From: an uncultured Clostridia bacterium
Lineage (GTDB): Bacteria; Bacillota; Clostridia; TANB77; CAG-508
Length of the DNA stretch: 20,546 nt
Direction of reading: 5' to 3'
Assembly: GCA_944388675.1 (NCBI GenBank)
Contig: CALXJR010000013.1
Location: forward strand, 1 to 20,546
The notes under the pieces are model-generated. The model searched no databases and was not told the origin of the DNA. It worked only from the letters and a program-made list of their open reading frames with translations. The translations under genes and the position numbers were made by a program. Below are positions 7,821 through 17,335 of the stretch, piece after piece. The first letter of the stretch is position 1. Each line of letters starts with the position of its first letter.

Positions 7821-8738
7821 TTATAACAATATATTTTCTACTAATTCTATTTTTACATCTTTTGTTGTATCTATTTTAGCCTTTGCTCCTATTGGGATTA
7901 CTGTCTTTTTATCAATATGACCAAAACTATTAGATTTTATTATAGGAAAATTATAGGCATCTTTTAAAACATTCATAAAAATATTTTCTAAACTTATTTT
8001 ACTTGGATGCTCATAATTTCCAATCCATAATCCAGAAATTCTGTCAAATACACCATTTTGCTTTAAATAATACAAATTACTGTTTACTATATCTGGAGAT
8101 GATTCAAACCCTAACTCTTCCAAAAATAAGATTTTTCCATCTATGTTTACTTTATACTTACCACAAACTAGTTTTGTAAATAATTCTAAATTTCCTCCAA
8201 TTAATACACCTTCTACTTCACCATCTTGAATTGTTTTAAATTCATCTTCTTTATCCCCAATTTCATTTGTATTTTCAACAAATGCTTTCATAAATTGTTT
8301 ATATGCTGTAATTGTACCCCAAGATGTTAGCGATTTAAAAGTTGGTCCATGGAATGTAATTAAACCCGTTTTATCATTTATTACATCCAATATACTTGTA
8401 TTATCACTAAACCCACAAATAATTTTAGGATTATTTTTAATTAGTTCAAAATCCAAATAATCAAAACACGAGTTAGAGTCTTCCCCACCTTTTACACACA
8501 TAATCGCATTAACATCTTTATCTTTGAACATCATATTTATGTCTTTGGCTCTTTTTTCAGGATCTGTACCATAGCCATAAGTATCCTCAAATGCATACTT
8601 CCCAAATTTTACTTTAAATCCAGCACTTTCCATTAGTGCAATTGATGCATTTATATATTCTAAATCATCTTCTTTTATACAGCTTGATGGAGCAACAACT
8701 CCAATTGTATCACCTTTTTTTAATTTTTGTGGTTTCAT
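7821..8738 (-). CDS. LD-carboxypeptidase (peptidase S66, LdcA/MccF-like)
   Basis: 305 aa. The N-terminus is LKKGDTIGVVAPSS. A GFSDNT serine-nucleophile motif is present, with E and H toward the C-terminus (FLEE.., SFGH). GGAGG lies upstream of the ATG. Confidence 0.85.
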   Translation of the reverse strand: MKPQKLKKGDTIGVVAPSSCIKEDDLEYINASIALMESAGFKVKFGKYAFEDTYGYGTDPEKRAKDINMMFKDKDVNAIMCVKGGEDSNSCFDYLDFELIKNNPKIICGFSDNTSILDVINDKTGLITFHGPTFKSLTSWGTITAYKQFMKAFVENTNEIGDKEDEFKTIQDGEVEGVLIGGNLELFTKLVCGKYKVNIDGKILFLEELGFESSPDIVNSNLYYLKQNGVFDRISGLWIGNYEHPSKISLENIFMNVLKDAYNFPIIKSNSFGHIDKKTVIPIGAKAKIDTTKDVKIELVENILL

Positions 8739-8789
8739 ATTTCCTCCATTTTTCCCTGTTTTTTATAATAAACACTTTCTAACTGTAAA

Positions 8790-11700
8790 TTATAAAATCT
8801 TTTGCTCTTTTATTAATTCTAAAATAGCATCTTTATTTAGCTCACTAATATAATTATAATCACTTGTCCCACTATTTTCATCAAATCTACAAATAGACTT
8901 ATACTTACAATAAGAACATGGTGTTTTTTTATTTTTTACATTATAATACGGTTTTACTTCAATATTTCCTGCTAAAATGCTTTCTGAAATTTGTTTTATT
9001 AGTTTATCCATATATTTTTGTAAATAATCAAATTGTTCTTTAGTTATTGCATTTGTTGTTTTACTACTAAGTTCTCCATCTTTTTTAATACCTGCTGGAA
9101 TAATGGTACTTGTACCAGTTTCCTCAATTTTAGTGTCCATTTTTTTAATAATATTAACATCTGCTAAAATTAAGCCCTTCATTTTAAATTCTTGCTTAAT
9201 CTTATTTTCAATTTCTTCATCTGTCATATTTTTATCTGCAGATATATTAGGATTTGTTAAATTAAAATACAAAACTCCTGCTGGTAAAAAGTCTTCTACT
9301 TTGCATGTTTCATTTAAATATGTTAATAATTGAAGTTGAAGTCCAGATACTACTTGATTTAAATCTATATTTTTTATCGAAGATTTGTAATCAATTATTC
9401 TTACATAAGTTCCATCAGGATTTTTTAATATATCTACCCTATCAATTTTTCCAATTATCTCTACTCTTTTTCCATCATCTGTTTTTACTGTAATTGGCTT
9501 ATACTTACCATTTGTACCAAATTCTATTTCATGCCCGAAAACTTCAAACTCACTCTGTCTTATACTTTGCACAATATATTTCATTGAAGTTGAAATAACT
9601 TTTTTTAGTCTTTCTGCTAATATTTTATATTTGGCCGAAACAGTATAAATATAATTTTTATTTAAGTTTAATTTATCCTGTATAATTTCTGATACAATTT
9701 TTTCTAATTCTTCATCTGTAATTTTCTTTATATTAATTTCGTCTTCATCTAATCTTGTAAAAAAACTATCTATTACATCATGCATAAATGTTCCTGTATC
9801 TACAGATTCCAAATTAAAGGTCTCTTTATCATTTAATTTTAAGCCATATTTTAAATAATAAGAAAAAGGACAACTACTATATTGTTCTAACCTAGAAACA
9901 CTAGTCTTTAAAACATCGCCATACATTTTATCAATATTTTCTTTAGTAATTTTCTCGGTATTATTTGAGTATCTTAAAGCTTTAACAGCATAATCTAGCT
10001 TTTCCTTCCAATCTGGATTAGACTCGTAAATATTATATATTCTAAACCATACAGGGTCAATTTCTTTTCCATCTCTGAAATTTCGCAAGTTTATTAAAAG
10101 TTCTTCAAAAGTGTTTTCTTTAGTACAAATTTCTGATTTTCTATGTATTATATCACTCTCTTCATTAATTTCAGGAAATATTTTTTTAATTCTAGAAATT
10201 AGAATAGATTGTCTTAATGATTTTCCTTCCATATCTGATGATGAATATGATAAATACATTTTTTTCTCTGCTGTTGTAAATGCCTTATAGATATTAAAAT
10301 TATCCTCATATATTCTATCTACTGTTCCTTTTGCAAGCTCTATTCCCTTTTCCTGTATTTTTTGTCTATCTGCATCATTTAAAAATCCCTCAGCCTTTGT
10401 AACTCCTGGGAACATTCCATCATTTAACCCTATTATAAATACTATTTTTATTTTATGACTCCTTGATCTATCTACATCACCAACAGTTACTTCATCTTGA
10501 GCCATTGGAATTGTTCCAAGTTTACTTTCTCCAAGTCCAGTTTTTAAAATTTGCATATAATTTTCAAATGTTATATTTTCATCACCAAAAACTAAAACTA
10601 TTTCGTCCAAAACTTGCATTATAATCTTCCAGCTTGTTTCATACTCTGCTGAAATATTTACCTTTTGCAATTCATTCAACTTATTTATTTTTTCTTTAAG
10701 AATTTCATCAATTTTATTCTCTATAAAAAACTTATATAAATTTTCTGAAATTTGTTTTGCGCTTTTTCTACCTGACAAATTATTTTTTAGATTAACTAAT
10801 GGATTAACTATCATTCTTCGTAATTCATTAATATGTTCCTTTTGCTCTTTACCTATTTCATCTTCATCATGAAAATTCCAATCTTGTTTATACCACATAT
10901 TACCACGAATATTCCATTTTAAAGCATAATTTTCTATTATATAAGTATCATCTAATGATATATCTATAAAGCCAGATTTTATATAGTTAATTACACTATC
11001 ATATGACCAATTTTTGCTAAATATATCTAATATAGATATTAGATATTTAACTAAAATATTTTGGCTTAGATCCCTTTTCTCGTCGATATAAACAGGAATA
11101 TTATATTCATTAAAAATAGCTTTACATAGATTTGAATATGTATCTATATTTTTTGTTATTATTGCTATATCTCTATATCTATATTTTTCATCTCTTACTA
11201 ATTTTACAATAGTTTTCGCCACATTTTCCATTTCTGAGTACTGATTATTTGCTAAAAATAGTCTTACATTTTCTATTTTATTTTCATATTTTTTATATGG
11301 AAAATTATACAGATTTTCTTCTATATGATTTAACTCTCTATTATTAAATCTATATATTTTATCTTTTTTGATTGGTTCTTCTATTTTTATATTATTAGAT
11401 TTGGCGATTTTTAATATTTTGCTTATTGTTTCTTTATTTGTATAGAAAATATCATTACTTGCTTCCTTTGTTTTATATAATTCATCAGAGGTAATTGTAA
11501 TTGTCACTTTATAAGCTTTTTGCAAAAGTTTTTCTATTATATCATATTCTTGCTTTGTAAAACCAACAAATTCGTCAAGATATATTTCTGTATTTTCAAA
11601 CATATTAGTACTATTTAATTGCTCTTTTAAAATTGTTAATGAATCATTTTCATCTATATAATTATTTTGTATTTTATTTTGAAATTCAGAATAAACTTTA

Positions 11701-12173
11701 TATATATCATCCAGCTTATTTTCTAAATATGCATCATCTATATTTTCTTTTAATGTTTCTAAATTTTCTAAGCTTACCCCATGTTTTTTTAGCTCTGTAA
11801 TTTGTGTCATTATCATATCTATATTGTTTTCTGATTTTCCTAAAAATTTTAAATTATTATTTTTATTTGATAATATACTGTAAATTAGCATAGCCTTTCC
11901 ACAATTTGTAAGCACAGTGTTGATACTTCCACCAACGTCTCCAGCCACTCTATGCGCCATACGAGCAAATGTTAAAACTTCTGCATTTATAACTGCAGTT
12001 TCATTATTATTTTTTGTTATAGTATTTAGCAATTCTTTTTCTGCTGAAAAAGAAAACTGTTCTGGGGTTATTATATATTTTTTTCTATTATTTTCTATAT
12101 TTTTACTTATTTCTTCAAAAATATAACTTGTTTTACCACTACCGCTTCTACCATATATTATCTGTAAGCTCAT
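8790..12173 (-). CDS. addB: ATP-dependent helicase/nuclease AddAB, subunit B
   Basis: 1127 aa from the ATG at 12173. The track start at 12188 is a TTG inside the RBS AAAGGAAG. Features are a Walker A motif (GRSGSGKT), a RecB-type nuclease motif (GKIDRVD ... RIIDYKS), and four Fe-S cluster cysteines (SSCPFSY and CSYCKYKSIC). Confidence 0.93.
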   Translation of the reverse strand: MSLQIIYGRSGSGKTSYIFEEISKNIENNRKKYIITPEQFSFSAEKELLNTITKNNNETAVINAEVLTFARMAHRVAGDVGGSINTVLTNCGKAMLIYSILSNKNNNLKFLGKSENNIDMIMTQITELKKHGVSLENLETLKENIDDAYLENKLDDIYKVYSEFQNKIQNNYIDENDSLTILKEQLNSTNMFENTEIYLDEFVGFTKQEYDIIEKLLQKAYKVTITITSDELYKTKEASNDIFYTNKETISKILKIAKSNNIKIEEPIKKDKIYRFNNRELNHIEENLYNFPYKKYENKIENVRLFLANNQYSEMENVAKTIVKLVRDEKYRYRDIAIITKNIDTYSNLCKAIFNEYNIPVYIDEKRDLSQNILVKYLISILDIFSKNWSYDSVINYIKSGFIDISLDDTYIIENYALKWNIRGNMWYKQDWNFHDEDEIGKEQKEHINELRRMIVNPLVNLKNNLSGRKSAKQISENLYKFFIENKIDEILKEKINKLNELQKVNISAEYETSWKIIMQVLDEIVLVFGDENITFENYMQILKTGLGESKLGTIPMAQDEVTVGDVDRSRSHKIKIVFIIGLNDGMFPGVTKAEGFLNDADRQKIQEKGIELAKGTVDRIYEDNFNIYKAFTTAEKKMYLSYSSSDMEGKSLRQSILISRIKKIFPEINEESDIIHRKSEICTKENTFEELLINLRNFRDGKEIDPVWFRIYNIYESNPDWKEKLDYAVKALRYSNNTEKITKENIDKMYGDVLKTSVSRLEQYSSCPFSYYLKYGLKLNDKETFNLESVDTGTFMHDVIDSFFTRLDEDEINIKKITDEELEKIVSEIIQDKLNLNKNYIYTVSAKYKILAERLKKVISTSMKYIVQSIRQSEFEVFGHEIEFGTNGKYKPITVKTDDGKRVEIIGKIDRVDILKNPDGTYVRIIDYKSSIKNIDLNQVVSGLQLQLLTYLNETCKVEDFLPAGVLYFNLTNPNISADKNMTDEEIENKIKQEFKMKGLILADVNIIKKMDTKIEETGTSTIIPAGIKKDGELSSKTTNAITKEQFDYLQKYMDKLIKQISESILAGNIEVKPYYNVKNKKTPCSYCKYKSICRFDENSGTSDYNYISELNKDAILELIKEQKIL

Positions 12174-12224
12174 GATTCTTCCTTTCAAAAAATTTTATTT
12201 TCGGAAAATTTATATATTTTAGGT

Positions 12225-13091
12225 TTAATTGTTTTCTCTCTTCCAATAGAATAAATATTGTTGTGCAATTCCTTCTAAGTCTCCATATTTTTCTCTTGCC
12301 AATTTTTCAATTTCTTTTTTATTTACTTTACTTTCCTCACTATTATGTATGTATAAATCATTCATAACACGTCTCACCCATACATCAATTGGAAAAACAT
12401 CAAATCTTTTTAATGTTGAAAATAATAATATACAATCAGCAACTTTTGGTCCTACTCCTGACAATGTTAATAATTCATTTCTCATTTGTTTTGTATCATT
12501 TTCATGTTTCATATGCTCTAAATTAATATCGCCATTTTTTATTTTCTTAGTTGTTTCATATATATATTTATCTCTAAATCCTAGCCCTAAAGCTCTTAAA
12601 TCTTCAACAGATGCTGTAGATAGAGCTTCTATTGTTGGGAAAGTAAAATAATCCTTACCATGAAATTCTATCTTATTACCATATTTTTGTGACATTCTAT
12701 TAATTATTCCTTTAATTCTTGGAATATTGTTATTTGCAGACACAATAAAAGAAATTATCATCTCCCATAAATCTTGGTTTAGTATTCTAATTCCCTCTCC
12801 GTATTTTATACTTTCTTTTAAATAATCATCAACTTGTGAAAGTTTTTCTTTAATTTTTTCATAATCTCTATCTAAATCAAAATATTTATTGCATACTTCT
12901 TTTATATCTCCATCACATATTCCTGAGATTGTTATTTTATTTGGCTCTTGTTTTACATTTAATACATTATTTCCAAATATTCCTGTATAACTTCCATCTT
13001 CGCCTTCATCCCATCTAAAACATTGACCACAATCAAAAATATCTCTTACCTTAAATGATTTTAAGTTTTCTAGTACATATGTTTGTTCCAA
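12225..13091 (-). CDS. ogg: 8-oxoguanine DNA glycosylase/AP lyase (Ogg1-type, HhH-GPD superfamily)
   Basis: 288 aa. The N-terminal domain carries CGQCFRW (compare SGQSFRW in human OGG1). The HhH-GPD motif is LSGVGPKVADCILLF, with a lysine in the catalytic position, and the downstream Asp lies in FPIDVWV. Only a TTG start is available in frame. Confidence 0.8.
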   Translation of the reverse strand: MEQTYVLENLKSFKVRDIFDCGQCFRWDEGEDGSYTGIFGNNVLNVKQEPNKITISGICDGDIKEVCNKYFDLDRDYEKIKEKLSQVDDYLKESIKYGEGIRILNQDLWEMIISFIVSANNNIPRIKGIINRMSQKYGNKIEFHGKDYFTFPTIEALSTASVEDLRALGLGFRDKYIYETTKKIKNGDINLEHMKHENDTKQMRNELLTLSGVGPKVADCILLFSTLKRFDVFPIDVWVRRVMNDLYIHNSEESKVNKKEIEKLAREKYGDLEGIAQQYLFYWKRENN

Positions 13092-13149
13092 TTAAAATCC
13101 GTTCCTTTCTATATTTAATAAAAAATATAAATTTTTTATTAATAGTGAA

Positions 13150-13662
13150 TTATATAACATATATTATTGCATTTTTATTTAAACTTTTCAATAATTTTAT
13201 CATGTAATTAGTATTAATTGCAATACACCCAGCGGTCGGTTTTTGATTACTGCAATGTAAAAATATAGCACTACCTTTACCTTTTTCACATTTTGGATTA
13301 GTTTTTATTTCTAAAGCATATTCATATTCTATTGGATAGTCTATTAAATGTTCTGCACTATTCCAATCTTTATCTACTTTTGTAATATCCACTAGCTTAT
13401 TGTAATACTTTGAAATTACATCATCAACCCAATATAAATTTGGATTAATTTGTATATATTCTAACTTTGTATCTATTTTTTTGTGAATTCCAAAACAAAT
13501 ACCTACATTAAATTTACCTAAAGGAGTTTTTCCATCTCCTTCCTTCTTATTTTTAGTCACTCCATTTTTTCCAATAAAGCCTTCTGTAATAAATTCATTA
13601 TTAAAATTTACTACAGCTTTATTTTTATCTTTAACTTTAACTAAAATAAATGGATTATTCAT
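13150..13662 (-). CDS. L,D-transpeptidase-fold (YkuD/YafK-like) protein with no obvious signal peptide
   Basis: 170 aa. It has EGDGKTPLGKF and a catalytic-type motif, FLHCSNQKPTAGCIAI (His ... Thr-Ala-Gly-Cys). Confidence 0.75.
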   Translation of the reverse strand: MNNPFILVKVKDKNKAVVNFNNEFITEGFIGKNGVTKNKKEGDGKTPLGKFNVGICFGIHKKIDTKLEYIQINPNLYWVDDVISKYYNKLVDITKVDKDWNSAEHLIDYPIEYEYALEIKTNPKCEKGKGSAIFLHCSNQKPTAGCIAINTNYMIKLLKSLNKNAIIYVI

Positions 13663-13695
13663 AAAACACCAACTTTATAATATTCCTAATAAAAT

Positions 13696-14556
13696 TTATT
13701 GTTTAAATCCTCTGCCTAATACCTCTCTAGAATTAAGGACAATAATAAAAGCGCTTTTATCTATCTTTTTTGCAATTCTTTCAATTCTATAAGATTCCTG
13801 TCTTGAGCCAACACATAATAATGTCATCTTATCATCATTTGTATACATTCCTTTTGAATATATACCAGTACTTCCTCTATTTACTTTGTCTCCTACTACT
13901 TTTGCAATTTCTTTATATTTTGGTGATATTATCAGTAAAACTTTGGCAAAATTTACACCTTCAAATATTATATCTATCATTTTACCCATCAAATAAATTG
14001 CTATTGCTGAATATAAACCTACTTCAATTGTTCTAAAAACAATAACATTTAAAGTTATAATGATTGTATCCACTGCCAAAATAAGTGTTCCAGATCTATA
14101 TTGAGGTTTAAAACTTCTTATTACATATGATAATAAATCCGATCCTCCTGTAGAAGCATTGTATCTTAAAATTATAGCCGTTCCTATTCCTGAAAGTATT
14201 CCTCCATAAATACATCCTAAAAACTTATCTTGAGTTAATGGTGTTATTCTATCGAATAAATCAACAAAAAAGGATAGAGCGACAGTTCCATAAATTGACC
14301 TAATTAAAAGTTTTTTTCCTACTTTAAAATATGCAAGTATCAATAAAGGTATGTTTAAAACAAACATAGTTACCCCCAATGGAACTTTAAATAAATAGTA
14401 AAATATTGTTGAAATACCCGCAAATCCTCCTGTAGACAATTCATTTGGAAGTAAAAATAGTGATACTCCTGCAGCCATTAAAATTGTGCCAATTGTTAAT
14501 ATAGTGTACACTTTAATTTTCGTAATAATTTTTATTTTTAATCTCTTTCTATTCAT
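13696..14556 (-). CDS. YitT-family integral membrane protein (DUF161 repeats plus a C-terminal DUF2179-like domain)
   Basis: There are multiple TM segments with GGFAGIS and STGGSDL motifs, then a soluble C-terminal domain. I prefer the ATG at 14556 (MNRKRLKIK...) over the track's TTG at 14574, which lies 21 nt from the only SD. Confidence 0.8.
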   Translation of the reverse strand: MNRKRLKIKIITKIKVYTILTIGTILMAAGVSLFLLPNELSTGGFAGISTIFYYLFKVPLGVTMFVLNIPLLILAYFKVGKKLLIRSIYGTVALSFFVDLFDRITPLTQDKFLGCIYGGILSGIGTAIILRYNASTGGSDLLSYVIRSFKPQYRSGTLILAVDTIIITLNVIVFRTIEVGLYSAIAIYLMGKMIDIIFEGVNFAKVLLIISPKYKEIAKVVGDKVNRGSTGIYSKGMYTNDDKMTLLCVGSRQESYRIERIAKKIDKSAFIIVLNSREVLGRGFKQ

Positions 14557-14591
14557 ACTTTTTCTACATACCAATTTAATGGTTGTAACAT
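14553..14591 (-). CDS. Possible 12-codon upstream ORF translationally coupled to the yitT-family gene
   Basis: GGGAGGGGG is followed by ATG (14591) and then MLQPLNWYVEKV. Its TGA overlaps the downstream ATG as gtATGa (14556-14553). The downstream ATG has no SD of its own. Confidence 0.3.
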   Translation of the reverse strand: MLQPLNWYVEKV

Positions 14592-14757
14592 TCCCCCTCC
14601 CATCTTTTAATTTTATATCTAATAAATTTATATCAAAAAAATAATTAACTGTATATAGACTTTGAAAAATTTTTGATTAAAATTATAAATCTCGTTACAG
14701 TTTACAGCTAGCTAAGACTTATATTATATAAATAAAAAGTTTTTGAATTTCAACTAC

Positions 14758-14799
14758 AAAAATACCTATATTACCATTATTGGCAATTATAGGTATTTT
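14758..14799 (-). terminator. Terminator after the rnc-radical SAM unit
   Basis: Stem AAAATACCTATA (14758-14770) with TATAGGTATTTT (14788-14799) and a 17-nt loop. On the minus strand the 3' arm runs into a U-tract. Confidence 0.6.
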
Positions 14800-14806
14800 A
14801 TTCATT

Positions 14807-15841
14807 TTATGCTGTTTCTAGCACTTTTAACTTAAATTTACCAGGTTTAATTGAATTATTTACTTTTATTTTAGTAATTACTGCATATGTGTCTCTTAAT
14901 TTATTGATGTTTTCTCTTTTGTGACCTATTATGTTGTTAACATCTTTGCTATTTGCTTCTATTTCTACTTTAATAACTTTTGCATTTACTTTCTTTATTT
15001 CATATACAACTTTATCATACCATATTGCATCTTCAACTAATTGTCCAAATGCTGGATGATATGGGCCTGCTACAACTTCACTTTCTTTATCTTTTGGATT
15101 AGTTATAGTATCTGTATTTTGAAGCCCTATTCTAATAACTGTAATGTGCTTTTTATTAAATAATTTTAAAATCTCTTTACTTCTTTCTACTGCTTGTCCA
15201 ACAGTAAGAGGTGTATATTCTTTATTTTTATATTCTCTAGCAAGTTCTGTACCTTTTATAACAAGAACTGGATAAATTCTTATTAATTTAGGTTTTAATT
15301 TAATTAAATCTTCTGCTGTTTTAATATCGTCTTTTTCTGTACTATCTGGCAGACCTACCATCATCTGATGACCCAATGTAAATCTATATTTTCTTATTAA
15401 TTTAGAAGCCTTTTTAACATCTTCAAATGTATGACCCCTTTTACATCTTTCCAGTATAAAATTATTTGTAGATTGCACACCTAATTCAATTGTTTTTACA
15501 TGATATTTTTTTAGCATTTTTAAAATTTTCTTATCTATTGCATCAGGTCTGGTTGATAATCGAATACTATTTACTTTTTTGTCTTTAATATATGGCTGTA
15601 CAGCCTTTAACAATTCCTCTTGTGTCTCTACTGGAATTGCTGTAAAACTTCCTCCAAAAAAAGCAACTTCAACATAATTGCCTTTTTTAAAATTTTTTAA
15701 GTAATATTCTATAGTATTTCTTACATCTTCTGCAGTTACTTGTTTAGTCTCTCCACTTATAGTTTTTTGATTGCAAAATGTGCAGCATTGAGGGCACCCT
15801 AAATGTGGTACAAATATTGGAATAATATACTCTTTTTTCAA
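14807..15841 (-). CDS. Radical SAM protein, ELP3-like family (the type found downstream of rnc in clostridia)
   Basis: 344 aa. The CPQCCTFCNQ cluster motif (CxxxCxxC) is near the N-terminus and a FGGSFTA motif follows. The TTG start lies 8 nt after GGGAGG. Confidence 0.85.
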   Translation of the reverse strand: MKKEYIIPIFVPHLGCPQCCTFCNQKTISGETKQVTAEDVRNTIEYYLKNFKKGNYVEVAFFGGSFTAIPVETQEELLKAVQPYIKDKKVNSIRLSTRPDAIDKKILKMLKKYHVKTIELGVQSTNNFILERCKRGHTFEDVKKASKLIRKYRFTLGHQMMVGLPDSTEKDDIKTAEDLIKLKPKLIRIYPVLVIKGTELAREYKNKEYTPLTVGQAVERSKEILKLFNKKHITVIRIGLQNTDTITNPKDKESEVVAGPYHPAFGQLVEDAIWYDKVVYEIKKVNAKVIKVEIEANSKDVNNIIGHKRENINKLRDTYAVITKIKVNNSIKPGKFKLKVLETA

Positions 15842-15871
15842 TACCGTTTCCTCCCTTATATTAATTCCTAT

Positions 15872-16549
15872 TTATATATTCTTTAGTGCTTTATCTGCTG
15901 CGTCCATTTCAGCTTGTTTTTTTGTCTTACCAACACCTTGAGCTAAAATCTTTCCATTTAGTTTAACTTGAGCTGTAAAGGTTTTATCATGGTCTGGACC
16001 TGTTTCATTTATTATTTCATATTTAATATCTACATTTCCATGAACTTGCAACTTTTCCTGTAAAACAGTTTTGTGATCCTTCATTCCTACATTTTTACTT
16101 GCAATTTCAATTTCATCCTTTAGATTACTTATTATAAACTTTTCTGCTTCTTCTAATCCAGAATCAAAATAAATTGCAGCAATTAATGCTTCAACACTAT
16201 CAGCCATAATTGCAACTTTTCTATTGCCTTGATGAATCTGTTCACTTTTTCCAACATACAAGAAATCACTAAAATTATGCTTACTTGCAATCTTATATAA
16301 ACTATCTTCGCACACTACTGTAGCTCTAACTTTAGTCATTTCTCCTTCCTTCAATTTTGGATAATTATTATATAGGTATTTACTCGAAATAAATTCTAAA
16401 ATGCTATCTCCTAAAAATTCTAACTTTTCATTACTTTTTACCCTGTGCTCATATGCATATGAAGTATGAGTTAATGCGTTTTTTAAAAGTTCTTTATTTT
16501 TAAAAGTATATCCAATGCTCTGCTCTAATTTAGATAAATCTTGTTCCAT
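15872..16549 (-). CDS. rnc: Ribonuclease III
   Basis: 225 aa. It has the RNase III signature EKLEFLGDSILEF and a C-terminal dsRBD (GPDHDKTFTAQV...GKTKKQAEMDAA). GGAGG precedes the ATG. Confidence 0.95.
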   Translation of the reverse strand: MEQDLSKLEQSIGYTFKNKELLKNALTHTSYAYEHRVKSNEKLEFLGDSILEFISSKYLYNNYPKLKEGEMTKVRATVVCEDSLYKIASKHNFSDFLYVGKSEQIHQGNRKVAIMADSVEALIAAIYFDSGLEEAEKFIISNLKDEIEIASKNVGMKDHKTVLQEKLQVHGNVDIKYEIINETGPDHDKTFTAQVKLNGKILAQGVGKTKKQAEMDAADKALKNI

Positions 16550-16652
16550 CTTACTCCTCCTTTCAAATAATTATTAATCTATAGCTATACATTTATATAT
16601 TACTCCATTTGCCTTATTTTGTAAATAGTTTTTTGTTATTTTGCCCATTTGC

Positions 16653-16670
16653 GACAGTCCTTTTGGGGTC
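16653..16670. repeat. Solitary degenerate copy of the GTCCCCAAAA repeat core
   Basis: GACAGTCCTTTTGGGGTC lies in the acpP-rnc spacer. TTTTGGGGTC differs by one base from the core TTTTGGGGAC. Confidence 0.4.
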
Positions 16671-16724
16671 AAATAAATAAAGAGCAAAATCAAATTTTAT
16701 TTTCAAAGAGCCGTTACAGATTAG

Positions 16725-16754
16725 AAAAAAAAAGAAAGGTCTATTAAACCTTTC
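16725..16754 (-). terminator. Rho-independent terminator after acpP
   Basis: Stem GAAAGGT with ACCTTTC (16734-16740 and 16748-16754) and a 7-nt loop. On the minus strand it is followed by a 9-U tract (the A-run at 16725-16733). Confidence 0.75.
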
Positions 16755-16765
16755 AAATTTTTTTC

Positions 16766-17008
16766 TTAAGCAACATGCTCTTTTATATAGTCAACAACGT
16801 CACCTACTGTAACTATTTTTTCAGCATCAGCATCAGGAATTTCTGTATCAAATTCTTCTTCTAATGCCATTATTAATTCAACTATATCTAATGAATCAGC
16901 TCCTAAATCATCTATAAAAGATGCTTCTAGTGTAACAGCTGTATCAGCAACGCCTAATTGCTCAACAATTATTGATTTTACTTTTTCAAATATATCGTCC
17001 GAACTCAT
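16766..17008 (-). CDS. acpP: Acyl carrier protein
   Basis: 80 aa from the ATG at 17008 ([20 protein letters not shown]...). The phosphopantetheine attachment motif is [10 protein letters not shown]. The track start at 17032 is a TTG overlapping the SD GAGGGGGTGA. Confidence 0.95.
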   Translation of the reverse strand: MSSDDIFEKVKSIIVEQLGVADTAVTLEASFIDDLGADSLDIVELIMALEEEFDTEIPDADAEKIVTVGDVVDYIKEHVA

Positions 17009-17208
17009 TGTGTAAAGTTCACCCCCTCTCAAATTTCTATAATTTTATAAATACAATAATACAAGTTTCATTAATTGTCAAGCAAAATACAAAAAAGTTT
17101 TTGTTTTTCTTGTAATCCTTGATTTCTAAGCATTTGAACAAGTATTCAAATAATTATTATTTTTTAATTCTACTTAATATGAATTTTAAAGCTTATTTTA
17201 GGTATGTA

Positions 17209-17335
17209 TCTTCAAAAACATTTAAAAGATATTTTAGTGACCTGTCCCCAAAAGCATCCAAAAGCTGTTTTTGTGAAACGTCCCCAAAAGCACCCAAAAG
17301 ATGTTTTAGTGAAACGTCCCCAAAAACACCTTGCC
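17209..17335 (+). repeat. Tandem array of about 3.5 units of a 36-bp repeat
   Basis: Unit 17245-17280 is TCCCCAAAAGCATCCAAAAGCTGTTTTTGTGAAACG. Unit 17281-17316 is TCCCCAAAAGCACCCAAAAGATGTTTTAGTGAAACG. The partial unit 17317-17335 is TCCCCAAAAACACCTTGCC. A degenerate, mostly C-to-T diverged unit lies at 17209-17244. Track ORF 17119..17349 is just a translation of this array. Confidence 0.85.

Noticed and set aside
12189-12224. Near-palindrome ATTTTCGGAAAAT between ogg and addB as an operator or terminator
   Set aside because: It is an odd-centred 11-13 nt A/T-rich palindrome that cannot form a useful hairpin, and nothing else supports it.
9103-14036. Track ORFs 9103..9333, 9305..9493, 11917..12126, 12349..12651 and 13770..14036 (all +)
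   Set aside because: All are antisense shadows inside addB, ogg or the yitT-family gene. They have no RBS, and their composition is typical of antisense AT-rich reading frames.
1857-16720. Recurrence of CTGTAACG(A/G) in three leaders (1857-1866 plus strand; 14691-14700 and about 16710-16720 minus strand), and a CodY-box-like AATTTTCTGTAAGAT (minus strand) at about 7201-7215
   Set aside because: Exact 8-10-mers recurring two or three times are expected by chance in 41 kb of biased sequence. The CodY-like site is my own hand count of 12 of 15 positions against an all-A/T-rich consensus. That is not enough to call a regulon motif without genome-wide statistics.
17209-17335. CRISPR array
   Set aside because: The 36-bp units are directly adjacent with no unique spacers, there are only about 3.5 copies, one of them degenerate, and no cas genes are present.
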